Below are positions 18,621 to 28,590 of a DNA stretch of 64,000 nucleotides, piece after piece. The position numbers were made by a program, and so were the translations under genes. Location of the stretch: assembly GCA_965261405.1 (NCBI GenBank), contig CBDHDD010000002.1, forward strand, positions 499,395-563,394, given 5' to 3'. Under the pieces are notes generated by a model that was not told the DNA's origin, did no database searches, and saw only the letters and a list, made by a program, of their open reading frames with translations. Numbering within the stretch: position 1 is the first letter of the stretch; each line of letters starts with the position of its first letter. Source of the stretch: Dehalococcoidia bacterium. Lineage in GTDB: Bacteria; Chloroflexota; Dehalococcoidia; Lucifugimonadales; UBA1127.

Positions 18621-21600
18621 CTATTCCCTAGCGGGCTCCGCTAGTAACTGCAAATCTTCCAATAGTGAGTCCAGTGACTCCTTAATCTCTGACTGGTGAT
18701 GTTGTACAGCGATGTTACCAACTGAGCGCTCCTGTTCTCGCTGGGTCAAGCTACGGGTCAATTCTGAGGCGAATCGGTTGCCAGCATCGATAAAATCGCG
18801 AGCACCGGCGGTAGCATTTCTACCTCTATCACGCCCTAATTCTCTCAGACGGTTTTCGGGATTTGTCTCTTGGCTAAGCGAGTGCGCTGTTCGCACTGCG
18901 TCGTCCAGTTGCAACCCTTCTAGCCTCGTGATCGCCTCCTCGAAGTTTCTTCGTAGAGTCGCCTGGTGCGGTATAGACTTTGCGACTGCAAGGTCGACAA
19001 GCGCGCGGGCACTGTCCAAGAGCGATTTTCGAGTTGTTCCTACATCGACGTGTGCTCGCCACCACGGAAGCCATTCTGTCTTTGCCTCCCACTCTCGTCG
19101 TGCGGACACAGGCAGTTGTAAGGCGACTTCACTGTGGAGTGTGGCGATTGCCTCGTATTCCTGAAACAGCCTTTTCCCTGCTGACGGAGCCGCCGACAGT
19201 TGCCATCCTTGAGGAAGGGCTCGCAGGGCCTTGATGATTGAGGCCGGTCGGAGAAAGGGGCTGGCTACTCCTCCCTTACTCGCCGTGGTCCAACCCAACA
19301 CCGTTTCCTGAATCTTCGAACGTTGACGTTCCAGTCTCTTATGAAGGTTTTGCCACTCTGCTGACTGTCCCACATCGCGAGGCCATTCCTCGAACAGCGC
19401 GTTTAGTATCTCTGCAATCGTTGGGTTAGTACGCGCCGGACGTCCGGCTAGGGCAGCGCCAACGGCGAGCAATTCAACCCCGGTAGACACTACGTCGATG
19501 CAATGCATAGGATCGGAAAGTGCACGTATCTGCCTGACAACCTCGCTCGACCATCGATCTAGAGATGTGCCAAGAGCACGCAAGCGTTGTCCGCCGCCGG
19601 GGAAGGCCCAGGTACTTTGCTCCCGGTAAAACTCCAACCCTTCCAAGGCAACCGCAGCCTGGATTAACTCATCTGGATCGTCATCCATCGGAATGCGAAG
19701 CATCACTGGCCGTTGAGCGACCTGAACTGTCTGTCTGACAAAACTGATGCTGTCTGGACGGAAGGGCATTCCTGATCCTGCCCATCGGGTCCTTAGGATT
19801 CCCTCGCTATCCCAGTCTATATGGCTCACTATGGCCTCAAATAGCATGGGACGGACGGAGTTCAGCAAATTGTCCCTGATGGAAGCGCCGTTGCCCCAAT
19901 CAGCTATCCCGGATCGACGCCAGGAAGACGGTTCGTCGTCCGGCCCTGGGGGCTCGCCTTCAGGCGGGTTTTCCGGTGGATCTAAGCCTCCGATCTCTGG
20001 CTTGCCCACACCAAATGCTTCGTAGAGGCCGGAAGGTTCGTCAACGAACCTTCCGGGGGCACTCGTCGCCCAAAATCCTAGAATCCCTACCTGTTGGCTA
20101 GCTTGACCAGGAGACTGCCTGCTCAATTCCTGAGCCAAAGCAGGCGGAACTTGGTGCCCCCCCATGCGTTCCAGGAAGCGGGCAGTCGGAAATATTCCCT
20201 CCTCAATGTCTCGCGCAAAGAGATCTAGTGTTGTTGCCAGTACATTTTGGACGAGGAATCGAGGATTGAATCTGTAGTCGAACGCCGGGTCGCTTCGTCG
20301 CAAGGCGTTGAGTAGCGCATTTCGGTTGAAAGGATACAGTCCCTGATCCTCCGATTCTCCGAATGCAGCATGACACTCTGAGCGAAAGTCACAGGATTCG
20401 CAGGCGTTCGGAGGTAGGTTAGAACCCGCATCGTTGTGAGTTGCCCACTCCGTCAAGCTCTCCCAATCAAGTCGCGCAGCATTGAGATACCGTGCAGCAA
20501 AACCGACTACGGCCTCGTCCTTCGCTGTCGCCTCTTCGCCGAAAGTCATCAAATCTGTATGAATAACCTGCAAAACTCTGGTCTTCACCGTTTCGGGGAT
20601 ATTGGCAGTGTAGTATCCGGTCGTCACAGCTCCAGCCCAGCGGAGTCGGCACAATCCCTTATCGTCATCAGGTCTGCCCTCGTCTAAGAGAGCATCGAAC
20701 AACGCACCGCTGAGTCCTTGACTCAATGCCATGTCTTCGAACAACAGAATCAATTCCTTCTTTTGCGCAGCAAGATACCGACGCACCTCTTGAATCAGGT
20801 TAACTAGACGTTCCGCGCTAAGTCCTACGACCCTTGAGATTGCAGCGTCGAGGTTACGATTGAGGATCTCAATCGCCATCAGTTGCACCTGTTGGTCAAT
20901 GTTCAGTTGAAACATGATTTGCTGTGCTGGATTCGACATCTTCGCAACGTCGGCCATTGAACTCGGAAGATCGCTTAGACGGAACTCCCAGTTCGGCTCC
21001 ACTTCGCTTCCATACATCGTGGGCGGACTCAGCACATGGTCCACAACATGTTGCAACATTGGATGATCCGCCCAAAATTCCATATAGACAAATGGGTCGG
21101 CCAACAAATCCGGTAAGCCCCTGATCAAGGCGTCCTCGAGGTCCTGACCATTCTCCTTGGTGGCGCGAGAACCTCTTATGACAGCGGCAAGGCTGAGAAC
21201 CAGCGCGTACTTCAGGTCCTCCCGTGTCACGTACTCACGGCCAGCCTTCTCGAGTTCATCTCGGTACGGGCGCGCATCCTCCTTCGGGAGCAAGGCCAGG
21301 ATAGCTTCGATGATTCCTCGAAGGCCCACCCCTGTGCGTGGAATTGCTATGACCTGACGGCTCTTGTCGTCAGGTATGTTCAATTGCATCCATTTGACGA
21401 AATGGGACTTCCCGGAACCCGACTCTCCAAGAATCATGACTTGAACGTGATTCCTTGCCGGCGAGAGAAACTCATCCAAGAACTGCCTGGGGTGCACGAT
21501 CTCCTTGGGGACAGCGGCAACGTCCCCGACAACCGGGCCTGAAATCCGAAGTGGAAATTCGCTGTGGATAGCCAAGAATACCGCACGGTCAGCAAGCTCA

Positions 21601-21665
21601 GCGTTAGTATTCATCACGCTGTGAACTCGATCAGGGTCCCAGCAGAGATATTTTCCAAAAGTCAT
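18621..21665 (-). CDS. dpdH: ~1010-aa P-loop NTPase in the DpdH position
   Basis: Walker A 'LGESGSGKSH' and Walker-B-like 'LILLFEDMA'. The preferred start is 21665 (ATGA overlap with the dpdG stop). Assigned by size and synteny. Confidence 0.5.
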   Translation of the reverse strand: MTFGKYLCWDPDRVHSVMNTNAELADRAVFLAIHSEFPLRISGPVVGDVAAVPKEIVHPRQFLDEFLSPARNHVQVMILGESGSGKSHFVKWMQLNIPDDKSRQVIAIPRTGVGLRGIIEAILALLPKEDARPYRDELEKAGREYVTREDLKYALVLSLAAVIRGSRATKENGQDLEDALIRGLPDLLADPFVYMEFWADHPMLQHVVDHVLSPPTMYGSEVEPNWEFRLSDLPSSMADVAKMSNPAQQIMFQLNIDQQVQLMAIEILNRNLDAAISRVVGLSAERLVNLIQEVRRYLAAQKKELILLFEDMALSQGLSGALFDALLDEGRPDDDKGLCRLRWAGAVTTGYYTANIPETVKTRVLQVIHTDLMTFGEEATAKDEAVVGFAARYLNAARLDWESLTEWATHNDAGSNLPPNACESCDFRSECHAAFGESEDQGLYPFNRNALLNALRRSDPAFDYRFNPRFLVQNVLATTLDLFARDIEEGIFPTARFLERMGGHQVPPALAQELSRQSPGQASQQVGILGFWATSAPGRFVDEPSGLYEAFGVGKPEIGGLDPPENPPEGEPPGPDDEPSSWRRSGIADWGNGASIRDNLLNSVRPMLFEAIVSHIDWDSEGILRTRWAGSGMPFRPDSISFVRQTVQVAQRPVMLRIPMDDDPDELIQAAVALEGLEFYREQSTWAFPGGGQRLRALGTSLDRWSSEVVRQIRALSDPMHCIDVVSTGVELLAVGAALAGRPARTNPTIAEILNALFEEWPRDVGQSAEWQNLHKRLERQRSKIQETVLGWTTASKGGVASPFLRPASIIKALRALPQGWQLSAAPSAGKRLFQEYEAIATLHSEVALQLPVSARREWEAKTEWLPWWRAHVDVGTTRKSLLDSARALVDLAVAKSIPHQATLRRNFEEAITRLEGLQLDDAVRTAHSLSQETNPENRLRELGRDRGRNATAGARDFIDAGNRFASELTRSLTQREQERSVGNIAVQHHQSEIKESLDSLLEDLQLLAEPARE

Positions 21666-22543
21666 CAGTGGCCACCAATCCAAGTTAGGTGACTTACGGG
21701 CCTTGCCGTTGTACCGTCGTCCAGTTCCATTGATGGCGCATCTGATAGATTCTCTAACCTGAGTTCGCTGGATTGCTCCAACTGCAAGAAAGCAAGGCTC
21801 AATGAACGGGATATCGTCGTTGGCCTTCGAGGATTGGCCAATCGGGCGTCAATTTCAGTGCGTGCTGTGCCCCCATCAATCAAAGGAAGACTCTCCGCCA
21901 GCAGGCGAAGCGTTTCGGCCACCGGGGTTTGCTCCACAAGGCTGGCGACCCTTCCCAAATGGCGTCTCACCGCCTCTGTCGGATCCACCACTACCACCTC
22001 ACGGGAAGAACCCCTAGCAGTCTTCAGCCGCCAAGCGAATCCCAGGTGTCTCGCCCAGTAGATGAACTGTTGACTGCGGGCTTCGTCAGTCAAATCTAGG
22101 GGCGATCCGCAGTCATCCTCCACCTCGCTTCGAAGCCCACCCTGCCAGGGAAGCGGGTCAAGAGGGTCTCGAGTCAGCAACCACGCCAATGCCTTGCACA
22201 CCCTGGCCTGCCGATTCCCATCAGCCAGTTGAGGTTGGACAATCTGGTCCTCAAGAAAGTGGAACTTCTGACTGCTAGTCATTCGCCTGACCTGGTCTGT
22301 CAACATGAAGCGGCCCTCGTCCCCTGACACAACGACATGAAGATTTCTGAGCTCTGAGAGCACCTCCGGCAGAATCGCACCTTGGCGGTCCGGATCGTCG
22401 TCTCTTCGCACTCTGGAAAGGGACGGTGGAGTAACTTGACTTGCGATTTCTGCTTGCGTCATACCTTTCGATGATCCATCAAGGAGTTCCCAAACGGCAT
22501 ACAGCCGATTTGGAGTAGCCGTTACAGATGTAACTACGCTCAT
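21665..22543 (-). CDS. dpdG: ~290-aa protein in the DpdG position
   Basis: No motif recognised. ATGA-type overlaps with both neighbours. Assigned by size and synteny only. Confidence 0.45.
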   Translation of the reverse strand: MSVVTSVTATPNRLYAVWELLDGSSKGMTQAEIASQVTPPSLSRVRRDDDPDRQGAILPEVLSELRNLHVVVSGDEGRFMLTDQVRRMTSSQKFHFLEDQIVQPQLADGNRQARVCKALAWLLTRDPLDPLPWQGGLRSEVEDDCGSPLDLTDEARSQQFIYWARHLGFAWRLKTARGSSREVVVVDPTEAVRRHLGRVASLVEQTPVAETLRLLAESLPLIDGGTARTEIDARLANPRRPTTISRSLSLAFLQLEQSSELRLENLSDAPSMELDDGTTARPVSHLTWIGGH

Positions 22544-25152
22544 TGGGACATCCTCCCCACAAAAAATGCAACATCAAGTTTCCGCCCCTCAAACCCATCC
22601 TGCAGCCTGCGGTCCGGACGATCCGGATCCATGGCATCAGCATGCAGGAACAGAAAATGTGAAGAACCCGGCGGCCTTACCCTCAGCAACAGGGTGGTAA
22701 CCAACGCTTCCCTGCCGAGAATCACGCCAGTGTGTCCCTGCGGAAGAGAATTGGGTGGTAGGTCAGCAGAATGGAAGAGGGGCCAAGCACGAGCCACCTT
22801 CTGAATGTCAGCCGCAGTGATAAGTGCATCTGGAGGGATGATCCAGTTCCAAACGCCACATGACACAAGCTTAGCTAAGGCTTCAATCCAACGTCTGGTT
22901 CGACGGACATCGCCCATGTCCTCGTCGCTGTAGAATATTACTGTGCGATTTCCACGGCCCAAAACACTACGAGCGGTATTGTCAATCTCCCTCTCAAATG
23001 GCCAAGCAAAGGCAGTATTTCGAGCGTGTTCAGTCAGTTTAGCTCTCCCGGCGGAGCGGCAATCTGGGCATCCCGCGCAGGCCGTCGCCACATGAACAGC
23101 CCTATGGCTGGTTTGATAGCTGTGAGAATTCACCTCAATCTCATAAATCGGGGCCAATAAATCCGCTATACAGTTGCCGCCTCGGAGCAATTGAACCATT
23201 CGCTGGAAATTAGTCCGATTGCTCCCGACTAGCCGCTCTCTCAGGGGAGAAACGACTTCCTGCCAATGCTCAATGCTAGGGTGCATCGGGTCGTCAAGTC
23301 GAACTCGTTGATACTGTTGGAAGAGATTGCTCCCAATCTCATCAAGTTCTTCCTCCTCACCTGAAGTCTCTTCAATTGACTTCATGGTTTCGTTATCAGG
23401 TCCGAGCAATCGAATCATCTTCGCGTTGGCCATAAGTGTTAGGGTTCTGATATGCCATTCCGTGTTCAGGTCACCGCCCATGTCCTGTCGTCCATTGCCA
23501 ACCCCTGGAGGGACATCAACAGCCAACCTAAATACATTATTCCCTTCATAGGAACTTCTCTTGTGATTGATCATCGATTGCCAACGATTGATGGCCCTTT
23601 CGATGGTAAGCAACTGCGGCCGGTTGAGCGAACGTGCGATTCCAACGTCGCGTTCAGTGGGAATGATAACTGATGCAGTTCCACCGCCATCACGACCTCC
23701 CCTTCCAACTTCTTGGTAGAAGCGATCTAGCGTCTCTGGAACACATGCATGCACGACGCATCTTACGTTTGGATTGTCAATCCCCAGCCCAAAGGCCGAC
23801 GTGCCAACAACCAGATCGAGCGTTCCTTCTCTCCAACCATGAATCACATTGTGTCGGTCGGAGGCACTGCTTTTGCCAGTCATCAATCCGATGCGCCTAA
23901 ATCCTTGGCCGTGTAGCAACTCATACCATTTGTGCGCTTTTTCTACTTCCGTTGCGTAGAGGATGGCCGGACGCGGCATGTGTAACACAGTTTCAAGAAC
24001 TCGCTCACGCTGCACCACACCGGAGATCTCTGGCGAAACCCAATACTCTATCTCCGGACGCAATTGGACAGCCGATAGGAAGTTCAATCCAAGATCCCCT
24101 CCGTCGGCAAACAACGCACGAAGGGTCTCTATCGTTGTTGTAGTCATGGTCGCCGAGAGAAGAAGCGTTTTGGGCGCCCGGTTCGAAGGCGATGCTTCAA
24201 TTAGTTCGGCGCGCACTCCACTCAGTGCTTGGAATGATGCACGGAAGTTCGCGCCCCATGCGTCGACTAGATGCGCTTCGTCAATGACAATTGCTCGTAA
24301 GAAGCCTACCCGTGCAGCGTGGAGGAGAGCTGGGTGCAGGGTAGTACAAACAGCCTCGGGGGAAGAAAAGCATAAACCTTGCGTGCCCATCCGTATCCTA
24401 TCAAGCATCTGGTGGCGTTCCTCCGCCGACACGCCACTGGTATAGGCAAGCCTATGACTCCCAAACCCCAAGTCTCTAGCGGCAATCGCATGGTCTTCCG
24501 CTAGGGCGCTGGTCGGCGTGACGACTAGCGTTACGCCCGGAACTCCGAGATCGGTTTCCAGTGCAGCCAGCAACTGGAATACAAAGCTCTTGCCGTCGCC
24601 AGTCGGAAGTGTGATGGCCAGCGAAGCGCCTGGCGGTGTCATGAAAGCAGCCCGAACGGCAGAACGTTGACCTCTGGTTTGGTAGCTATCCCGGTGGAGC
24701 AATGACAGAAAAGGATCGCCAGGCACCCTATCATAGGTGCGCCTAGTCGCCTCGCCGGCTGCGTGGCCGTCCACACCTCGATCCGGCACGTCCTGGAGCC
24801 ACGTCGGTCTCCATGGTGTTGCTTGCAGAAGCACCGAATCCTTACCTGCCTGCGTGTGTACGCCAGTAAGCCTCCAGTGGTTCAGGCTTGGCCAACCATC
24901 TTTGACGGGGACGCTGAGTTGTGCATCCGCTCCGGTAGTCTCTTGCTGGAAGCGGAGGACCTGCCGAACCAAGATCGCAAGGTCGATGGGTGATGGACGA
25001 TCGAGAGCGCCCTCCCTTAGTGCTGCTACCGCGCGCATCAATCTATTAAGGCTCGGATAGGCCGTATGAGAAAACTCCTCAGCTGCCAACACTTGATGAC
25101 TCAGAGCCTCGAAAGCCGCCAACCCTTCAAGTCCTGACCGCTGATACATCAT
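22540..25152 (-). CDS. dpdF: RecQ-like DEAD/DEAH helicase (DpdF-like)
   Basis: 'LPTGDGKSFVFQL', 'VIDEAHLVDAWG', 'LLSATMT', 'GTSAFGLGIDNPNVRCVVH...FYQEVGRGGRDG'. Confidence 0.7.
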   Translation of the reverse strand: MMYQRSGLEGLAAFEALSHQVLAAEEFSHTAYPSLNRLMRAVAALREGALDRPSPIDLAILVRQVLRFQQETTGADAQLSVPVKDGWPSLNHWRLTGVHTQAGKDSVLLQATPWRPTWLQDVPDRGVDGHAAGEATRRTYDRVPGDPFLSLLHRDSYQTRGQRSAVRAAFMTPPGASLAITLPTGDGKSFVFQLLAALETDLGVPGVTLVVTPTSALAEDHAIAARDLGFGSHRLAYTSGVSAEERHQMLDRIRMGTQGLCFSSPEAVCTTLHPALLHAARVGFLRAIVIDEAHLVDAWGANFRASFQALSGVRAELIEASPSNRAPKTLLLSATMTTTTIETLRALFADGGDLGLNFLSAVQLRPEIEYWVSPEISGVVQRERVLETVLHMPRPAILYATEVEKAHKWYELLHGQGFRRIGLMTGKSSASDRHNVIHGWREGTLDLVVGTSAFGLGIDNPNVRCVVHACVPETLDRFYQEVGRGGRDGGGTASVIIPTERDVGIARSLNRPQLLTIERAINRWQSMINHKRSSYEGNNVFRLAVDVPPGVGNGRQDMGGDLNTEWHIRTLTLMANAKMIRLLGPDNETMKSIEETSGEEEELDEIGSNLFQQYQRVRLDDPMHPSIEHWQEVVSPLRERLVGSNRTNFQRMVQLLRGGNCIADLLAPIYEIEVNSHSYQTSHRAVHVATACAGCPDCRSAGRAKLTEHARNTAFAWPFEREIDNTARSVLGRGNRTVIFYSDEDMGDVRRTRRWIEALAKLVSCGVWNWIIPPDALITAADIQKVARAWPLFHSADLPPNSLPQGHTGVILGREALVTTLLLRVRPPGSSHFLFLHADAMDPDRPDRRLQDGFEGRKLDVAFFVGRMSQ

Positions 25153-27269
25153 TCGAAGTCCTCAGATGAATGATCGTCGGTCTCGAGTTCGTACGCATTC
25201 GGTGGTGAGTTCGAGACTACGAACAGACCCATGGCATCAAGTCTTATGGTCGCCTGCCTGATTGCCTCCATCAACAACGCATTCACTTGCAAGTCGACGT
25301 CAATTGAAGAGCCAGCCGCGTCCCCAGTCTTCCTAGTTGCTAGTCGATCGTTGTCTGCAGCCAGAGCGCCCAGGGCATGTGCTACAACTCGATTCTTCCA
25401 AGATTGATGCTCTGTAGAATTCCCCACTAGCACTTGACCTGTTTCACGCGTGCGATAGACTGCCTCTTGGAACGCGCCAGGCTCGATTATTCGAAACAGC
25501 GACTCCCGCCGACTGCCGAGATTATAGTCCCGGCCCGCGTGGCCTCCGACGGTCGAATAACCGCGCTTAAGAATCCTCTGCAAGAGATCGTCGTTGATCG
25601 GCGATCCGTCCAAACCGACGTCAATCAGCATTGTCCAAGGAGGCAGAAGAGCGTCGAGACGACGCTGGATCGCGAATTCATCAATGTTGTCAGGCAGCAT
25701 AGTAGTCTCTCTCTGGATCGTAGACGCTTCGGCCTGAACGACATAGCTCAAACGGAATCCTAGCCAACGGCCCCAGCGTTCAGAATCCCACTCGGGATCC
25801 ACGCGCCAGGTCGCGAACGCGATGCCCCGGTCGTCCCACCGAAGGAATCTCTCCACAGCGTCGACGAGATGCATCCCCGGCCGCACGAGCCGTATCCCTG
25901 GGACAGTTGTTGCAATCGATCGCAGGTAAGTCAGATTGGACCCAAAGATAGAAGGATCGAACAATTCGCTCCAGGGTTCCTTTGGAAGCAGTGTTCGCTC
26001 TGACCACCCGAGACTGAATACTCCACGCCGTGACATCGAGTCGATGGGGCGGAACTTGAGGGTGCCGACCAGGAATCTCTGGAGCGGCTGGAAGCGTCGT
26101 GCCTCGTCGGCCGCGTCTAAGCACTCGAACAGCAGGTTCGCGTCATCGTCGGCCATCGCTCGGGAGTCAAGCGCATATTCCTCATCGAGGCGTTGGCGCT
26201 CACCGGCGATTTGACTACTCAAGGCCTCCATGATCTCGGTCAGCCCCTGTGCACCTCGCCGAAACAGCGCCAATTCAACCTGGCCACGCAAGTCATCAAG
26301 CAAAAACTGTAGTTCTGAAATCGACTCGTCGAACACATGGAACGTATCACGTATCGCCTCGAACCACGCCATCCACGGGTTTGGACCCTGACAATACGGC
26401 ACCACCACCCATTGGGGGATTTTGTCGCCAAACCTATGTCGGCCAAAGCGGTCAACCCTGCCAATGCGCTGCTCGATGCGCGCTGCGTCCACGGGGAGGT
26501 CGGCATGCACGATTGCCGTTGCAAATTGGAGGTTCAGTCCTTCCTCCGCACGTCGATCGCCAACCAGCACGGCATCGCGTGGAGATACACGGAATCCTTC
26601 CACCGCCCGAGCAATTTCGTCCTCAGTCGATTGCTCGGTTACCTTGAACACTGTCTCGTGCCCACACTCTTCCACAGCGTTGCTCAGTGAACTACCGAAC
26701 TGGCTGGATGAGGTCATCGCGACTACCTTTGCTGGCTCTTCGTCAGTACGTGTGCGGAGCGCCGCGCTGTGGACGACAGTGGCAACCAACTGCTCCCGAT
26801 TCCCGGCTGTCTCTTCTCGAAAGGCCTCTAGGGCCAGCCGCAATTCTCTCGATTCTCCCTCGAAGCATTCAGCATTCCTTTGCATTTCACTAAGGAGCCT
26901 CTCGCACTCTTCGGGGCTTTGGCCCAAAGTCTCTAGCATCAAGGCGTGTCTGTGAACAAGTACTCTTTCCAGCGCTTCATCAGGGTTCTCTACTAGGTAT
27001 TCGACTGCGGTCTGTCGCCAAGAATCCAATGCGTCGGCCATAAGAGGACTTCGCTCATCGTCGTCTTCTTCAGGCGTCACGTCACCTCGGCGAGGAACGA
27101 GCACCCATTCTGGCAAGTCGCGTCTCCTGGTTCTGACGAGTCGTTGATGAAGGCGATAAGTATCAGCGATATGGTGCCGTAGTCGAATGATAAGACTTGT
27201 TGCCTCGGGGATGTCCTTTTCAATTGCTTCACTCAAACTTCGCACTTCTTTAATCATCCGGGAATGCAC
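25149..27269 (-). CDS. dpdE: SNF2-family helicase, C-terminal (RecA2) half plus a long C-terminal region (DpdE-like, second polypeptide)
   Basis: 'VLVGDRRAEEGLNLQ' and 'HADLPVDAARIEQRIGRVDRFGR' (SNF2 motifs V/VI). GTG at 27269 or ATG at 27257. It overlaps the upstream ORF's stop. Confidence 0.65.
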   Translation of the reverse strand: MHSRMIKEVRSLSEAIEKDIPEATSLIIRLRHHIADTYRLHQRLVRTRRRDLPEWVLVPRRGDVTPEEDDDERSPLMADALDSWRQTAVEYLVENPDEALERVLVHRHALMLETLGQSPEECERLLSEMQRNAECFEGESRELRLALEAFREETAGNREQLVATVVHSAALRTRTDEEPAKVVAMTSSSQFGSSLSNAVEECGHETVFKVTEQSTEDEIARAVEGFRVSPRDAVLVGDRRAEEGLNLQFATAIVHADLPVDAARIEQRIGRVDRFGRHRFGDKIPQWVVVPYCQGPNPWMAWFEAIRDTFHVFDESISELQFLLDDLRGQVELALFRRGAQGLTEIMEALSSQIAGERQRLDEEYALDSRAMADDDANLLFECLDAADEARRFQPLQRFLVGTLKFRPIDSMSRRGVFSLGWSERTLLPKEPWSELFDPSIFGSNLTYLRSIATTVPGIRLVRPGMHLVDAVERFLRWDDRGIAFATWRVDPEWDSERWGRWLGFRLSYVVQAEASTIQRETTMLPDNIDEFAIQRRLDALLPPWTMLIDVGLDGSPINDDLLQRILKRGYSTVGGHAGRDYNLGSRRESLFRIIEPGAFQEAVYRTRETGQVLVGNSTEHQSWKNRVVAHALGALAADNDRLATRKTGDAAGSSIDVDLQVNALLMEAIRQATIRLDAMGLFVVSNSPPNAYELETDDHSSEDFE

Positions 27270-28353
27270 TTCTGATTTTCGCCAAAGTGTTTAGCAAGAA
27301 TGGTGCCGGTAAGCTGGGACTCAGAGCCAAGAGAAGGCGACCGTATTCTTGCCGCCTGCGAACACGATCAGCGAATTCGTCGCGCGCTTCGAAAGGATAT
27401 CCCGTTGGATCCAACAAGTGTAAGAGTGCCAAAAGAAGGTCTTCGTCGCCAAGCGTTGGAGTAGCTGATATCAGAAGCACTCGTGAGGCCAATCGTGTTA
27501 GTTCTTCAAGATGACGATATTCTTCATTTGCCCAGGCATTCTCAGGGATGAGATGATGAGCTTCATCGATAACCAAAGAGTCGACTTCTCCCGGCACGAG
27601 TTGCTTCAACTCCTCATGGGTCAGAATCGTTACGTTAGAACTCGTGAGAAAGAACCGGTCTCTCAGTTCTCTTACCCACTGCCCAAGGAGGGTGGCCGGA
27701 ACTAGGATTCCGACCCTCTCTGTCGGATTGTCGATGACTGCCTGGCGTACAATCGCACCGGCTTCAATCGTCTTGCCGAGGCCCACCTCGTCCGCTAATA
27801 AATAACGTTGGATAGGATCCTGCAAGATGCGCCGAACTACCTGAATCTGATGGGGGAGTAGTTCAACGGACGCCGACAGGAGTCCGGTCAACCCATGCCC
27901 AGCAGCCCTACTATTGGTGATGCATTCAAGCGCGCCCTGGCGGGCGTCGAAGAAATATTGAGTCTCCATGCCACCGTTAGCGAGAATAGCGGCGGGGTCG
28001 TCAACAGGCAATAGGCAACGCACGTGTAAGTGCCGTTCAGGTATCCTATGACTCAACCGATTTGGGAACTGGATATCATATGCTATCTGCCCCCCACCAT
28101 CGAGAGTCGAACCCACGAAATAATCAACGACACGTCCCACCATCCAGTGCCCCGCACCACTCTCGACATATACCCGAGTCTGCGGACTAAGATATGCTCG
28201 CCTAATCTGCTGTGCCGGGTACACTAGATCGAATGTCCGGGAAGGAGACCTGAAAAACCGGACCGTGGCCTGTTCCTCATCTGAATCTACTAACCGCCCA
28301 ATACCATTCTGATCAAGTGTCCAAACGAACTCACCATTCCTAAGCCGAACCAT
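27250..28353 (-). CDS. dpdE: SNF2-family helicase, N-terminal domain plus RecA1 lobe (DpdE-like, first polypeptide)
   Basis: 'LLPHQIQVV', 'LLADEVGLGKTIEAG', 'LVIDEAHHL', 'LLISATP'. It ends at the TAA at 27250-27252. Confidence 0.65.
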   Translation of the reverse strand: MVRLRNGEFVWTLDQNGIGRLVDSDEEQATVRFFRSPSRTFDLVYPAQQIRRAYLSPQTRVYVESGAGHWMVGRVVDYFVGSTLDGGGQIAYDIQFPNRLSHRIPERHLHVRCLLPVDDPAAILANGGMETQYFFDARQGALECITNSRAAGHGLTGLLSASVELLPHQIQVVRRILQDPIQRYLLADEVGLGKTIEAGAIVRQAVIDNPTERVGILVPATLLGQWVRELRDRFFLTSSNVTILTHEELKQLVPGEVDSLVIDEAHHLIPENAWANEEYRHLEELTRLASRVLLISATPTLGDEDLLLALLHLLDPTGYPFEARDEFADRVRRRQEYGRLLLALSPSLPAPFLLNTLAKIRSAFPDD

Positions 28354-28590
28354 CTGCTCTCGATTCCCTATCCCCGCCGCTGCCAGTAACAGAGTTTGCT
28401 GGCGCGAAAAAATCTGACCAGGGATTTTTCCCTATGGTAAGACATGGTTCAAGCGGTGACCACCCTAAGAATCGACGCTCAGTGGCATAACACTCCTTAG
28501 GGGTGTAGAGACAGCAGGCCTAGCAAAGACGAAGGGCACCGCTCCACCCTGAATTCACAAACGAAGTGGAACACCAGATCAGGGTGTTGC

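Noticed and set aside
28354-28500. Looked for a promoter for the dpdE-K operon on the minus strand (TTGAAC-17-AAAAAT) and a small aggga-aaaa-tccct hairpin with a T-run.
   Set aside because: The matches to consensus are weak and several alternatives exist. I cannot place the promoter with confidence without TSS data.
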